From Candidatus Poribacteria bacterium (lineage in GTDB: Bacteria; Poribacteria; WGA-4E; WGA-3G): a stretch of DNA of 64,000 nucleotides. The position numbers and the translations under genes were made by a program. The stretch is from the NCBI GenBank assembly GCA_965205025.1, contig CBDBFU010000014.1, forward strand, positions 128,001 to 192,000. The letters run 5' to 3'. The notes below the pieces were generated by a model. It was not told the origin of the DNA and ran no database searches. It saw only the letters and a program-made list of their open reading frames with translations. Each line of letters begins with the position of its first letter. Position 1 is the stretch's first letter. Positions 22,345-32,718 of the stretch are shown in pieces.

Positions 22345-23469
22345 ATGACCCTACGTGCAGGAATCGTTGGATGCGGTGGAATCAGTCGAAGCCACGCAGC
22401 AGCATACGACGGTTTAGACAACATTCAACTCATTGCAGTATGCGACATTAACACGAATGCACTGAAGAACCGTGCTGATGAATTTAATGTTCAAAACCGG
22501 TATACAGACTACACCAAGATGTTTTCACAAGAAGACCTTGATATCGTTAGCGTCTGCACACATGCACCATTACATGCCCCAATCACAATAGCTGCAGCAG
22601 AAAACGGTGTTCATGTCTTATGCGAAAAGCCGTTGTCTGTTGATTTAGCAACTGCAGATCAAATGCTCAAAGCATGTAATAACGCGCAAGTCCATTTAGC
22701 GGTGAGTCACCAATTCCGATTTACACCATTGTTTCGACACGCGAAAAATCTCGTTGAATCAGGTAAAATTGGAGAGTTACGCTCCATACGAGAAGTCGGT
22801 AAAGGTAGAGAAGCAGGTTTTGAGTTAATGGAGATGGGAGTCCATTACTTTGACGAGATGGATTTCTTCATGAATGGTATCTCTTGGATTCAAGCACATA
22901 TCACTTATAATGGACAGGACGTTACAGAATCAGATATTATGCACAGTAGTCAATTATGCACTACAGACCGACGGGATAATGGTATGGTTGCTGGTGATAC
23001 CATGCTGATACATATTGGAGGATTAAGCGGAGCATACGGTATTATGGAACTCTATCAAAGAGAACAACGTCACGGGTGGATGATGGGACCACATCTACTC
23101 GGTTCCAACGGACAATTAATGATAAAACCGAACCCCGAAACTGGGATTGATGAATTGTGGTACTGTCCTTTTGATGTCTCCTTTGCCAAACATACTCCTG
23201 ACTGGGAACTGATAGAACTTGATACTTCCGAATTTATAATCTCTGGAAAAGCGTGGATGTCTCGCCACACAATCTGGAGTGCTAAAAACATACGAGACGC
23301 TATCCTGAATGGAACTCAACCCGAACTCGGTGGACAAAAGGCACTTACCTCCCTTGAGTGTGTTAGTGCAACATATACTTCACATTTTACTCATAAGAAA
23401 GTACAACTTCCTTTGGAAAAACGAAACCATCCACTTATAAAACGTCTTAATACAGGAGCACAAAACTGA
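22345..23469 (+). CDS. Gfo/Idh/MocA family oxidoreductase
   Basis: GIVGCGGI Rossmann motif and HVLCEKP. Confidence 0.92.
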   Translation: MTLRAGIVGCGGISRSHAAAYDGLDNIQLIAVCDINTNALKNRADEFNVQNRYTDYTKMFSQEDLDIVSVCTHAPLHAPITIAAAENGVHVLCEKPLSVDLATADQMLKACNNAQVHLAVSHQFRFTPLFRHAKNLVESGKIGELRSIREVGKGREAGFELMEMGVHYFDEMDFFMNGISWIQAHITYNGQDVTESDIMHSSQLCTTDRRDNGMVAGDTMLIHIGGLSGAYGIMELYQREQRHGWMMGPHLLGSNGQLMIKPNPETGIDELWYCPFDVSFAKHTPDWELIELDTSEFIISGKAWMSRHTIWSAKNIRDAILNGTQPELGGQKALTSLECVSATYTSHFTHKKVQLPLEKRNHPLIKRLNTGAQN

Positions 23470-24324
23470 ATGAAACTTGCTTTTTTTGATGACTATAATC
23501 TTGGTGTTATTACTGGAGATACCATTGTTGACATTTCTGAAGCAGTCAGTGATATTTCATACCATACACCACAAGAACTTATTCAGATGGTAATTGAGAA
23601 ATTCAATGACTTGAAACCACTTATTGATGATACAGTTGAAAATAACACTGGTGTTCAGTTGGATACAGTTACGCTTAGACCACCACTTCCAAGACCCGGT
23701 CAACTGGTTTGTATGGCTGGGAATTACATTGAACCTGATAGTCCAACAAGACTGGAATTTAATGCATTTCTCAAATCTCCAAACAGCATAATCGCAACTC
23801 AAGATACTGTTGAACTCCCAACAGCGGATGTCGGTGTATTCCATTTTGAACCTGAGTTAGCACTTGTGATTGGTAGACAAGCAAAACATCTCACTGAAGA
23901 AAATGCACTGGATCATGTATTTGGATACACACAATTTATTGATGTATCTGCTCGCGGTTTACATGGTGGTTTCTTCTTAGGTAAAAGTTGGCACACCTTT
24001 GCACCTATGGGACCCGCACTCGTCACATCTGATGAAGTGTCCGATCCAAATAAACTTGACGTAAAACTCTGGATTAACGATCGTTTGCAACACGATTTCT
24101 CCACCAACTCAATGGCTCGATTCATCCCCGAATTATTGGTTGAAATAACAAACGTAATCGCATTAGAACCGGGAGATGTCGTTTCAACAGGAACACATCA
24201 TGAAGCACTTACCGATGTCGGTGATGGTGATACAGTTCGATTAGGAATAGAGAATTTCGGTCCTGAGTTGGATGTGAATGTACATGATCCGTTAAAGAGG
24301 ACAACATGGCGTGGAGAGGAATAA
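23470..24324 (+). CDS. Fumarylacetoacetate hydrolase family protein
   Basis: FEPELALVIG, DVSAR, GKS...PMGP and GDVVSTGT motifs. Confidence 0.92.
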   Translation: MKLAFFDDYNLGVITGDTIVDISEAVSDISYHTPQELIQMVIEKFNDLKPLIDDTVENNTGVQLDTVTLRPPLPRPGQLVCMAGNYIEPDSPTRLEFNAFLKSPNSIIATQDTVELPTADVGVFHFEPELALVIGRQAKHLTEENALDHVFGYTQFIDVSARGLHGGFFLGKSWHTFAPMGPALVTSDEVSDPNKLDVKLWINDRLQHDFSTNSMARFIPELLVEITNVIALEPGDVVSTGTHHEALTDVGDGDTVRLGIENFGPELDVNVHDPLKRTTWRGEE

Positions 24325-24329
24325 AAAAG

Positions 24330-24359
24330 TTGACAATGCCATCAGTTTGCATGTATAAT
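24330..24359 (+). promoter_or_regulatory. Sigma70 promoter
   Basis: TTGACA-N18-TATAAT upstream of the 24493 gene. Confidence 0.75.
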
Positions 24360-24492
24360 TTTAAAAAATTGGGATTTTGGACGTTGCTTACATGCCCTTA
24401 CTACAACTTGATTCGTGATGTCCTAAGGTTGGAAGAATTGATTTATTGTAATATGGAACAGACTTGTTCCTGATGATAAGGAGAAGCGATTA

Positions 24493-25419
24493 ATGAAAAA
24501 ACACAGAAATATAACCGTTTATGCTATCCTGGGAATTGTCTGTGTATGGATGCTTGGCTGCGGAGGGTGTAATCCAGAACCAGCACCAACTGGGATGACA
24601 CCGACTGAAGGATCTGAATCTGGTGGAACCCCTGTCAAGATTACTGGTGAAAATTTCGATACGAAAAACGGTGTAACTGTTACCTTTGGAAATATAAAAG
24701 GTCTAAGTGCTACTACTTCAAGTGCAACCTTAGTTACTGTCGTAACCCCTGAAGGAACTGCCGGAGAATCCGTAAATGTTGTTATTACAAATAATGGAAA
24801 ACCAGATGCACCTGTTACACTTAGTCAAAAGTTCACATATACTGATGCAACACCACCAATGGTAACAAGCACTGATCCGACAGATGGTACGGTTTTATCT
24901 GAATATGAAGACTCTCTAAACATTAGAGATAGTCTCACTGTCACATTTAGTGAACCTGTCGATGCAAATAGTGTTACCATTCAGGTTGCAGTCGCAAAAA
25001 CCGAAGAATCCTTAAGTGAACCTGCTGAAGAGATGCTTAGTGGAACAGTAAGTGGGAGTGGAGATTCTGTAACTTTTACCGCAGATATGCCAATGCGATG
25101 TGGTCGTATGTATAACGTAACTATTTCCGATGCTACCGATATGGCAGGGAACGCACTTGTAGATTCACACAGTTTCAGTTTTAGTACTACCAGCCCCGAA
25201 CTCGTAAGGAGTTATCATGTTAAAGAGGAAGATATTCAAGATGAAAATGGTGAGGCTGCTCTTAGACTGATTGCATCACGTCCTGAGATTTTTGATGATC
25301 CAGAGAAGTGGACGCGGTTAGTTGCTGGAAACCAAGACGACTATATCTTTGATAGGACAAGGCTGAGTGTTGGACAACATTTATGGATTAAACGTGGTCC
25401 GGCTTGGGGCGATAAATAG
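24493..25419 (+). CDS. Lipoprotein with IPT/TIG, Big_5-like and LysM-like domains
   Basis: Lipobox MLGC; PTEGSESGGTPVKITGENF (IPT); DATPPMV...TFSEPVD...DMAGN (Big_5); YHVKE...LRLIA...LSVGQHLWI (LysM-like). Confidence 0.8.
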   Translation: MKKHRNITVYAILGIVCVWMLGCGGCNPEPAPTGMTPTEGSESGGTPVKITGENFDTKNGVTVTFGNIKGLSATTSSATLVTVVTPEGTAGESVNVVITNNGKPDAPVTLSQKFTYTDATPPMVTSTDPTDGTVLSEYEDSLNIRDSLTVTFSEPVDANSVTIQVAVAKTEESLSEPAEEMLSGTVSGSGDSVTFTADMPMRCGRMYNVTISDATDMAGNALVDSHSFSFSTTSPELVRSYHVKEEDIQDENGEAALRLIASRPEIFDDPEKWTRLVAGNQDDYIFDRTRLSVGQHLWIKRGPAWGDK

Positions 25420-25447
25420 ACTGATAAGAAACCATACATATAACTAT

Positions 25448-25474
25448 AAAGCCGTGTAAATATTACACGGCTTT
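25448..25474 (+). terminator. Rho-independent terminator
   Basis: aaagccgtgtaa-ata-ttacacggcttt followed by a T-rich tract. Confidence 0.8.
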
Positions 25475-25518
25475 ATTATTTTAACAAAATCGCATTGTAG
25501 TCCCAACAACCACTATTC

Positions 25519-25660
25519 CACCAATCCTTCTTTGTACCACGGTTAATCTTCGGGTATTTTATAACGGGGAACGTCTAAATGTAACACAAACTTCCAGTTT
25601 GTGTAGTGTTTCAAGCAAAAATATCACCTAATCATGGGAGAATCATTTATAGAAATGGTA
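25519..25660. mobile_element. MITE family A, degenerate left end
   Basis: gtaacacaaacttccagtttgtg core and catttatagaaatggta right end, as in the 61992 copy. Confidence 0.6.
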
Positions 25661-25725
25661 TTAGTAGGTTCGGTTCTAACCAAGGTCATTTCCATACACC
25701 GATACACTTATAATTACACTTCACT

Positions 25726-25752
25726 CGGTAGGTTCGGTTTCTAACCGAACCG
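25726..25752 (+). repeat. GTAG-type REP-like hairpin variant
   Basis: cggtaggttcggtttctaaccgaaccg shows a compensatory change relative to the 9886 copy; a partial copy lies at 25664. Confidence 0.75.
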
Positions 25753-25944
25753 GAATTTCAATCTAATAAGTTTACATTCTAACCAATTCCATAAGCTCTG
25801 TTTCTAGATTCAGATAAGTGTATACATTTCCTCTCTACCACAGTACGATTACAATCGCGTGTAAAATTTACAGATTAAAAGAAAAACGGATTGGCATTAA
25901 CTAAATCTAATTGCCAATCCGTTTTGATAATTTATATAGAAGTA

Positions 25945-26814
25945 TTAGGCACCGTTACCGTTTCCGTTGCCATTACCATTTCCATTTCCGTTACCATTTC
26001 CGTTGCCATTACCATTGCCGTTGCCATTACCATTTCCATTACCGTTACCATTTCCGTTGCCGTTACCGTTTTCACTATCATCCATCTTTGGATCATCCAT
26101 CTCTGAATCATCCTTGTCTGGGTCATCCATCTCTGAATCATCCTTGTCTGGGTCATCCATTTCTGAATCATCCATCTTTGGATCATCCATCTTTGGATCA
26201 TCCATCTTTGGATCATCCATCTTTGGATCATCCATCTTTGGATCATCCATCTTTGGATCATCCTTCATCAATGATACAAAGACATAATCATTACCTTCTC
26301 CAGCCTTTGAATGACACTGGTCACAATTATTAGTTCCTTCTTCATTGATAGGGATGTTGTTGCCATCAACTCCATACATCCATCCACCAAGATTAACATA
26401 CATCGGATCATCGGTTTTTGTCATTGTTGCGACATGTACGATTTGATCTGCCATTTCATCTACACCAAAAACTTCCTTGACAATCATAGATCCCACAGGA
26501 TACATCTTATCGCCTTCAGACATGTTTGCTGCTGCCGCGGCTTCGTTGAAATAGACAGTCCGAGGACCAGGTGTATGTGCCGCACCGGTTCCTGCCGGAT
26601 TCATTGCTGCTGCAGCTTCCGCAACAGTCATCATGGGTGCTTCAAGGTCAACACTCATCCATGACTTATGCGCCATCATATCCATATCTTCTTCAGGGTC
26701 CATTATCTCTGGATCCATCATAACCTCATCTAACATGTCTTGAGTACGCTCACAAGCCATGAAGGCTACCGAACAAATTAAAACTGTAATCAAGAGCACT
26801 TGATATCTTAGCAT
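25945..26814 (-). CDS. Cytochrome P460-like lipoprotein with low-complexity C-terminal tail
   Basis: Lipobox FMAC; RTVY, PVGSMIVKE, GGWMY and CDQCH...DYVF motifs; tail of (MDDPK/MDDSE)n then (NG)20. Confidence 0.8.
   Translation of the reverse strand: MLRYQVLLITVLICSVAFMACERTQDMLDEVMMDPEIMDPEEDMDMMAHKSWMSVDLEAPMMTVAEAAAAMNPAGTGAAHTPGPRTVYFNEAAAAANMSEGDKMYPVGSMIVKEVFGVDEMADQIVHVATMTKTDDPMYVNLGGWMYGVDGNNIPINEEGTNNCDQCHSKAGEGNDYVFVSLMKDDPKMDDPKMDDPKMDDPKMDDPKMDDPKMDDSEMDDPDKDDSEMDDPDKDDSEMDDPKMDDSENGNGNGNGNGNGNGNGNGNGNGNGNGNGNGNGNGNGNGNGA
25951..26265 (-). repeat. Coding tandem repeats: 6-nt NG x20 and 15/30-nt MDDPK/MDDSE units
   Basis: Perfect ggatcatccatcttt repeats; the NG tract uses mixed synonymous codons. 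Confidence 0.95.
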
Positions 26815-27047
26815 TTTTAATGTTCCTTTTCTTTTCTATAGAAAAATAAATTTTAGAGTTACTAACCAACAGTTAATCAAAACTCTAATAGAATAAAGCA
26901 GTTCATGAGCTGCTCTATACACAGTTAATGTAATACACAACTTCATTTTAACAGATTATAGCATACTTCAATTTATAATTCAAAAAATATAATTCCGTCT
27001 TCATTTAACCAATTTAAAGATTCCTATTCTCAATAAAGCAACTATTT

Positions 27048-28652
27048 CTAATCCGGTTTAAGGATTTCTAAATAGATCTCCTGAATATAAGCATTCTTAG
27101 AATCTTGTGATTTGGCATCAGTAATTACCCTTCGCGCATCAGAAATCCTATTGAGTCGATAATAAACAAGGGCAAGCGTTGCCAAATGGGTGGGCCGGTT
27201 ATCAATTTTAACAGCATCATTCGCAAGAACAAGTGCCTCTTCCAACAATCTGCTTTCTCCAGCAAGAAGGGATGCTAAAGCATTCTTTGGAAAAGACACA
27301 TCGGGAGCAAGTTTAATCGCTTGCCGAAAATCAGTTTCCGCTTTTGCTGATTCTCCCAGTTGTTGTTGTACCTGTCCTCGCCAAAAATAACCTGGTGCCC
27401 ATGTTACCTCTTGGCGAATCCCCATTGTATACGCATCAATTACTCCCCCTAAATCCCCAAATGACCTCCGTAGATTCGCTAATTGAGAATAGGTATCCAA
27501 AAAATCAGGATCATTCTGAATCATAGTTAAGAAATGTCTTTCGGCATTATTATGATTACCCAACTTTGCTTCAATTATCCCTAAATGTAACAATGCCTGT
27601 CGTGAATTAGTTTCATAGCCAAGCACACGTTCGTAAGTCCTCTTGGCAGATTCCAGATTGTTTAGTTGCATCTGAACAAAAGCATAATCTTTCAAAGCAG
27701 GTATGTATGTCTCATCGGTTTCCAATGCCTTCTGCAATAGTTCTAATGCAGGGGGTCCCTGTTGTTTTTCTATAAAAACTCGCGCCTGTTTCCAGTATAT
27801 CTCTGCCAATGTTCTTTTGTACCGAGAACGTGCTGTGTTTGCTCGCTTAACTTCACCGAGTTCATCGAATAGGTCCGCAAGAGATTTGTAAAATAACGGT
27901 TCATTTGGATTCGTATCAATTGCCTTTTCATAAAAATGTTGTGCAACCTCATACATATCTCGTTCCCGCGCCGCCTCACCTCTGCCATAGATAGCACTTG
28001 TCAGTGTTACATCTAACGTATGTGCTTCCCTGAATACTGCATCGGCTTCATCATAACGGTTCAGCTTTAACAGGATATATCCAAGATTATTATAGGCTGC
28101 TGTTGATGCAGGATCTAATTGAACTCCTATGATATAGTAGCGGCGTGCTTGTTCCAAGTTTCCACGTTCTGTCTCTATTTGTCCTAAAGCAATATACCAA
28201 ATCACAGGAGCATTTTCACCTGCTCCCTTAACAGCTTTCTGAAAAAATTCATCTGCTTTATCCAATTGCTTATTCCGATGATATGCAGTCGCAAGTTTGG
28301 CTTGTACGGTAGGTTCAATCAAAATACGTTCAGTTTGTGGAAATTGTGAAATCAGATCTAAGGCACGTAGAAATGAAGTAATTGCGTCAACATAATTCCT
28401 AAGTTTTCCTGATGCATCACCTATTCCAATATGTGCTATAGGTAATTCAGGATGCTGTTTTACAATCGACTGATATATTTGAAGGGATTCATTCCATTTC
28501 TCTTCTTGAAATGTATTTTGACCATTCTCAAGTTGATTATGAACCTGTTCAGGAAAGGTAGTTAAATCCCAAGGGATGATTTCGGCAGATGAGGGCAAGG
28601 GGATTATAAACAATAGAAGACATAGGAGATGCCGGAAAAGACACAGATTCAT
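27048..28652 (-). CDS. Secreted tetratricopeptide repeat protein
   Basis: Signal peptide and multiple TPR consensus units (AYNNLGYILLKLNRYDEA). Confidence 0.9.
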   Translation of the reverse strand: MNLCLFRHLLCLLLFIIPLPSSAEIIPWDLTTFPEQVHNQLENGQNTFQEEKWNESLQIYQSIVKQHPELPIAHIGIGDASGKLRNYVDAITSFLRALDLISQFPQTERILIEPTVQAKLATAYHRNKQLDKADEFFQKAVKGAGENAPVIWYIALGQIETERGNLEQARRYYIIGVQLDPASTAAYNNLGYILLKLNRYDEADAVFREAHTLDVTLTSAIYGRGEAARERDMYEVAQHFYEKAIDTNPNEPLFYKSLADLFDELGEVKRANTARSRYKRTLAEIYWKQARVFIEKQQGPPALELLQKALETDETYIPALKDYAFVQMQLNNLESAKRTYERVLGYETNSRQALLHLGIIEAKLGNHNNAERHFLTMIQNDPDFLDTYSQLANLRRSFGDLGGVIDAYTMGIRQEVTWAPGYFWRGQVQQQLGESAKAETDFRQAIKLAPDVSFPKNALASLLAGESRLLEEALVLANDAVKIDNRPTHLATLALVYYRLNRISDARRVITDAKSQDSKNAYIQEIYLEILKPD

Positions 28653-28656
28653 ATAT

Positions 28657-29700
28657 TTACTTCACCGGTAGAGTCGTGATTTCGGTAACTCGATTCAAGG
28701 CTTCATCTAAAATATACCACGATATTTTCGATTTTTGTTTGATAAGCCATTTCTTATACTCAGTTTCCGCCTTCTGTTGACGAATCAATTTTACAATTTC
28801 ACCTTTAACTTCTGAATACTGTCTCTGCCTTGAAGGAGACTTCTTAATCTTTTTTACGATAATATGTCCCTTTGGTATAGATAGTGGACCTTTATATTCT
28901 AAAGGTTTCAATTCCGAGACAAGTGCTCCTAATGAGGTATTTGATGGAATTGTTTCCACACCTACACTAATGGTTGGGTTTGCTTGATAGTCCTTCTGAA
29001 TATTATTAAATGTTGCACCTTGTTTTAACCGAACCATAATTTCTTCAGCAAGATCCTTCGCTGTCGAATTATCATCTTCTTCTGGAACAGTAATTCTTAA
29101 GGAATTAACCGTAACCATTTCAGGCACAAAAAAATCTGCCCTATTTTGTTCAAAGTATTGTGGTGCTAAGTCATCAATCTCTTTTTTATCAACAGAGTTA
29201 ATAAATTCAAGTTTATAATACTCATCGAAAACAATACTATCACTTATCCACTGCTTAATTACTTCCATTTCTATTTCTTGGTTACTTAGAATAGTACTAA
29301 ATACATCTTTAGACGTATATGTCACTCCGAACGCAGCTAATTTTTCATCCACCTGTTTCTTACGATCAATTGTCGTGAGACCAATGTGTTTTGCTTCCTG
29401 TAAGACTAATTTACGATTAATAATTCGATTCAGATATTTTCGTTTCTCCACTTCAGTCGCCTTATTGGGGACAGTTTTGTTGATTATCCCTTCAATACGA
29501 AATTCATTCACAAGATCACTCTGCGTAATTGGCTGTGTATCAATAACCGCAATGATAGAGTCAATTAAAGTTTGTGGGTTTACATTCCCTAAAAATACAA
29601 ATAACAGAAGGGTAATAGTAGCTGTAGATGTATATGATTGATGGATTATTGATTTGTTCATTTCAGGTGATATCATATCGTAAATTCCTGTTGAATTCAA
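28657..29700 (-). CDS. SurA/PrsA-like periplasmic chaperone with degenerate parvulin domain
   Basis: IDSIIAVIDTQPITQSDL SurA N-terminus and GATF...GPLSIPKGHIIVK. Confidence 0.75.
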   Translation of the reverse strand: MNSTGIYDMISPEMNKSIIHQSYTSTATITLLLFVFLGNVNPQTLIDSIIAVIDTQPITQSDLVNEFRIEGIINKTVPNKATEVEKRKYLNRIINRKLVLQEAKHIGLTTIDRKKQVDEKLAAFGVTYTSKDVFSTILSNQEIEMEVIKQWISDSIVFDEYYKLEFINSVDKKEIDDLAPQYFEQNRADFFVPEMVTVNSLRITVPEEDDNSTAKDLAEEIMVRLKQGATFNNIQKDYQANPTISVGVETIPSNTSLGALVSELKPLEYKGPLSIPKGHIIVKKIKKSPSRQRQYSEVKGEIVKLIRQQKAETEYKKWLIKQKSKISWYILDEALNRVTEITTLPVK

Positions 29701-29757
29701 GGTTTATTGCTGTGTATAGAACAACAAATACACCAACACTGATATGAACTTTAATGA

Positions 29758-30930
29758 CTATTCCACCAACCCAATTACCCCACAACCAATACGAGCTCCT
29801 GCCCCAGGTCTTACTCCTAACGCCTTTATAGTTGATATTATCCAGTCTTTAAACGCCAAATCATCTCCTTGGAAATAACCCAACACCCATGCAGTCGTAC
29901 GTTCATCCAGAAAATTTGTTAGTAAAAGATTATAGCCTATAGTGTCATTAGAGTTTTCTATATCTACACCAGATGTAATATAGAAATGTGTCAACCGATT
30001 TTTCATCTCCTGTTCAAAATCTTTTGGTAATCCTGATGGAAATATCTGCTTATATTGATTCGTAAAGAAATCGGAATCTACGGGTAAACCTTGATCCCTA
30101 AAGAAATCATAGTATGCTTCTAATGTCCTCGGTTGGATTTTCAAAAATGTTTGATATGTCGGTGTCCCTTCAAATGGAATTGAAATTAGTATTTTTGGGT
30201 CAACTAATTGTTCCGGTCTTAAAAAACAATTCAGCAACAACTCTAACAAGTTATGACTATGAGGACTGAGTTCTTGTCCGGGGAGATGGTGATTATCTGA
30301 TTCCAAGTCTATATGTTGAGCAAGCACAGCCAGAGTGCAGACATGTGTGTCTTGTGGAATTACATCAACCCTTTGCCCTTGTATATGGGTATGCATACCC
30401 GTGTTATCAACATGAGGATTGGTCTGAAATGTGTCTCCTGTTTCATGTATCAGTATCAATTTATTCAGAATATCCGTATTGGGATCACCACCGATTGACC
30501 AAAAAGGTGTTGTAAATTCTAATATACCACTACCATTTTCACTTACTTTGATGTTACCTATTTCTCCAACCCCAATTGGTGGTGTGTCAGGAGAAGCCTC
30601 CGCAACAGATATACCAGCAGTTCCAGCGGAGATTTCCAAAGGATGCCAATGCGGTCCAACATCACTACAATCTTTCCCTATATGGAGATGTGCTGCATGC
30701 AATCCGGGTGTAGCATTATGAATTTCAATTGTAACATGCACCACATCATCTATCTCCATAATATTAGTAGTCCCTTTCAGATTACTACCGTCTAATGCAG
30801 TGATATGAGCAAAGGCTACTTTATTGACGGGTGTAGTGGTAATAACCTCTATCGGTATCCTCTCACATCCGACACCAATTAAAACTTTCAATACGATCAA
30901 GATAAAACACCAATTATGTCTAAATGTCAT
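29758..30930 (-). CDS. Cu/Zn superoxide dismutase-like lipoprotein with large insertion
   Basis: GLHAAHLH, CSDVGPHWHP, GEIGNI and LILIHE motifs, then GAGARIGCGVI at the far C-terminus. Confidence 0.8.
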   Translation of the reverse strand: MTFRHNWCFILIVLKVLIGVGCERIPIEVITTTPVNKVAFAHITALDGSNLKGTTNIMEIDDVVHVTIEIHNATPGLHAAHLHIGKDCSDVGPHWHPLEISAGTAGISVAEASPDTPPIGVGEIGNIKVSENGSGILEFTTPFWSIGGDPNTDILNKLILIHETGDTFQTNPHVDNTGMHTHIQGQRVDVIPQDTHVCTLAVLAQHIDLESDNHHLPGQELSPHSHNLLELLLNCFLRPEQLVDPKILISIPFEGTPTYQTFLKIQPRTLEAYYDFFRDQGLPVDSDFFTNQYKQIFPSGLPKDFEQEMKNRLTHFYITSGVDIENSNDTIGYNLLLTNFLDERTTAWVLGYFQGDDLAFKDWIISTIKALGVRPGAGARIGCGVIGLVE

Positions 30931-31058
30931 ATAATTCCCTGAACCTTATATATAAAATTACAATATAATCCTCTATTTTACATACTAAGTATTGTAATGA
31001 ACAAACTGCCTGTGTCAAGTATTCTACAAAAGGTTAAGGCATGGAACAATATAGTATA

Positions 31059-31178
31059 ACGTGAGTTTGATAATAGGCAAATAAGCTTCATTTTTTAAAA
31101 AATATTACTCTTATATGCCCGGTAGGTGCGGTTTCCTAACCGCACTGAACATAAAAATATGGTTTATCAAACTCACGT
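31059..31178. mobile_element. 120-bp MITE (family B), copy 2
   Basis: Same TIR and REP cargo as the 9824 copy; 7-bp TSD tagtata. Confidence 0.9.
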
Positions 31179-31211
31179 TAGTATAGAATGACATGAATCA
31201 GTCTTACTCAG

Positions 31212-31240
31212 TTGACTTCAGAAACCGTTATGTCTATAAT
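31212..31240 (+). promoter_or_regulatory. Sigma70 promoter of the sulfatase
   Basis: TTGACT-N17-TATAAT; supports ATG 31271 as the start. Confidence 0.65.
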
Positions 31241-31270
31241 ACACATAAATCACCCTATGAGAACATAGAA

Positions 31271-32718
31271 ATGTCAAAAAAACCTCCGAATATTCTCTGG
31301 ATATGTACCGACCAACAACGATATGATACATTAGGTTGTTACAGTAATCCATTTGTCCAAACACCCAATATAGATAAACTCGCACAAGAGGGTATAGTTT
31401 TCAATTATGCCTACTCTCAAAGTCCTGTTTGCACACCGAGTAGAGCAAGTTTCCTCACAGGTCGATACCCACGTACTACACGATGTAGACAGAATGGACA
31501 AGCAATACCACCAGATGAAGTTCTGGTAACAAAACTATTACAAGATGCTGGATATGTCTGTGGTTTAGCAGGTAAACTTCACCTTGCTCCATGTAATCCT
31601 CAAGTTTGTAAGGGAACAGAACAACGTATTGATGATGGCTATGATCAATTCTTCTGGTCACACGATCCTGCAGATGCATGGTCCACACACGATTATATTC
31701 AGTGGCTATCAGATAAAGGATTACGTAGAAATAGCACACCGTTCCCAGATTCAAAATATGTTCGTGTGATTCCATCAGAGGAACACAGTCAAACGACATG
31801 GAGTGTTGAATGTGCAATGTCCTTCATCGGAACTGCCTCAAGATTTAAGCAACCATGGCTTTTCTCTGTAAATATGTTTGATCCTCACCATGCATTCGAT
31901 CCACCAATAGCAGCACTGGAGCGTTATCGTGGAATTCTAAACGATATACCATTACCAAACTATGTTGACGGAGAACTAAACAACAAACCAATTTGGCAAC
32001 AGATTGATCATGGTGGAGCTTATGGTGGCAAATCGGGTTATCCATTCCAAGAAATGAGTGATGACGAGCACCGTTGGATTACGGCAGCATATTGGGCAAT
32101 GATTGATGTAATAGATACACAAGTCGGACGTCTAATTCACTTCTTGGATGAAATTGAACAGAGAGAAAACACAATTATTATCTTTACATCTGATCATGGA
32201 GAAATGCTTGGGGATCACGGTATATACCTAAAAGGACCATATTTCTATGAACCTGCTGTTCGGGTGCCACTCATCATTTCAGGACCGAATATGTTGAATA
32301 ATGGTGAAGGTTCAGATGCCCTTGTGGAATTAGTGGATTTAGCCCCCACACTAATGGAAGCAGCCAATTGGAACCATTTCCTGGTATGCAGGGTCAAAGT
32401 ATATTGCCCATGCTATCAGGGGCAAAATGCTTGGATTCACATAGGGAGGATGTCTATTGCGAATACTATAACGCTATGGGTTGGCATCGTGAACCCACTG
32501 CAAATGCTACGATGGTAAGAAACTATCGCTATAAGATAGTTGCTGCACATGGTACTGATAGTGGAGAATTATATGATCTGGAAACCGATCCGAATGAAAC
32601 ACACAATCTATGGAACAATTCGGATTACAAGGATGTAAAACTAACTATGCAGGATAGATTAATCGATCGGATGGCATGGACAGTTGATCCATTACCTGAA
32701 AGGCAAGCACCGTGGTAG
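31271..32718 (+). pseudogene. Sulfatase with 1-nt frameshift near 32368 (real or sequencing error)
   Basis: PNILWICTDQ, CTPSR and SDHG in the first frame; LEPFPGMQGQS...GELYDLETDPNE continues in another frame. Confidence 0.85.

Noticed and set aside
25891-26333. Overlapping ORFs with HYHF, MIQRW, PLPF or VAIT repeats
   Set aside because: Alternative-frame shadows of the NG/MDDPK repeats in the P460-like gene.
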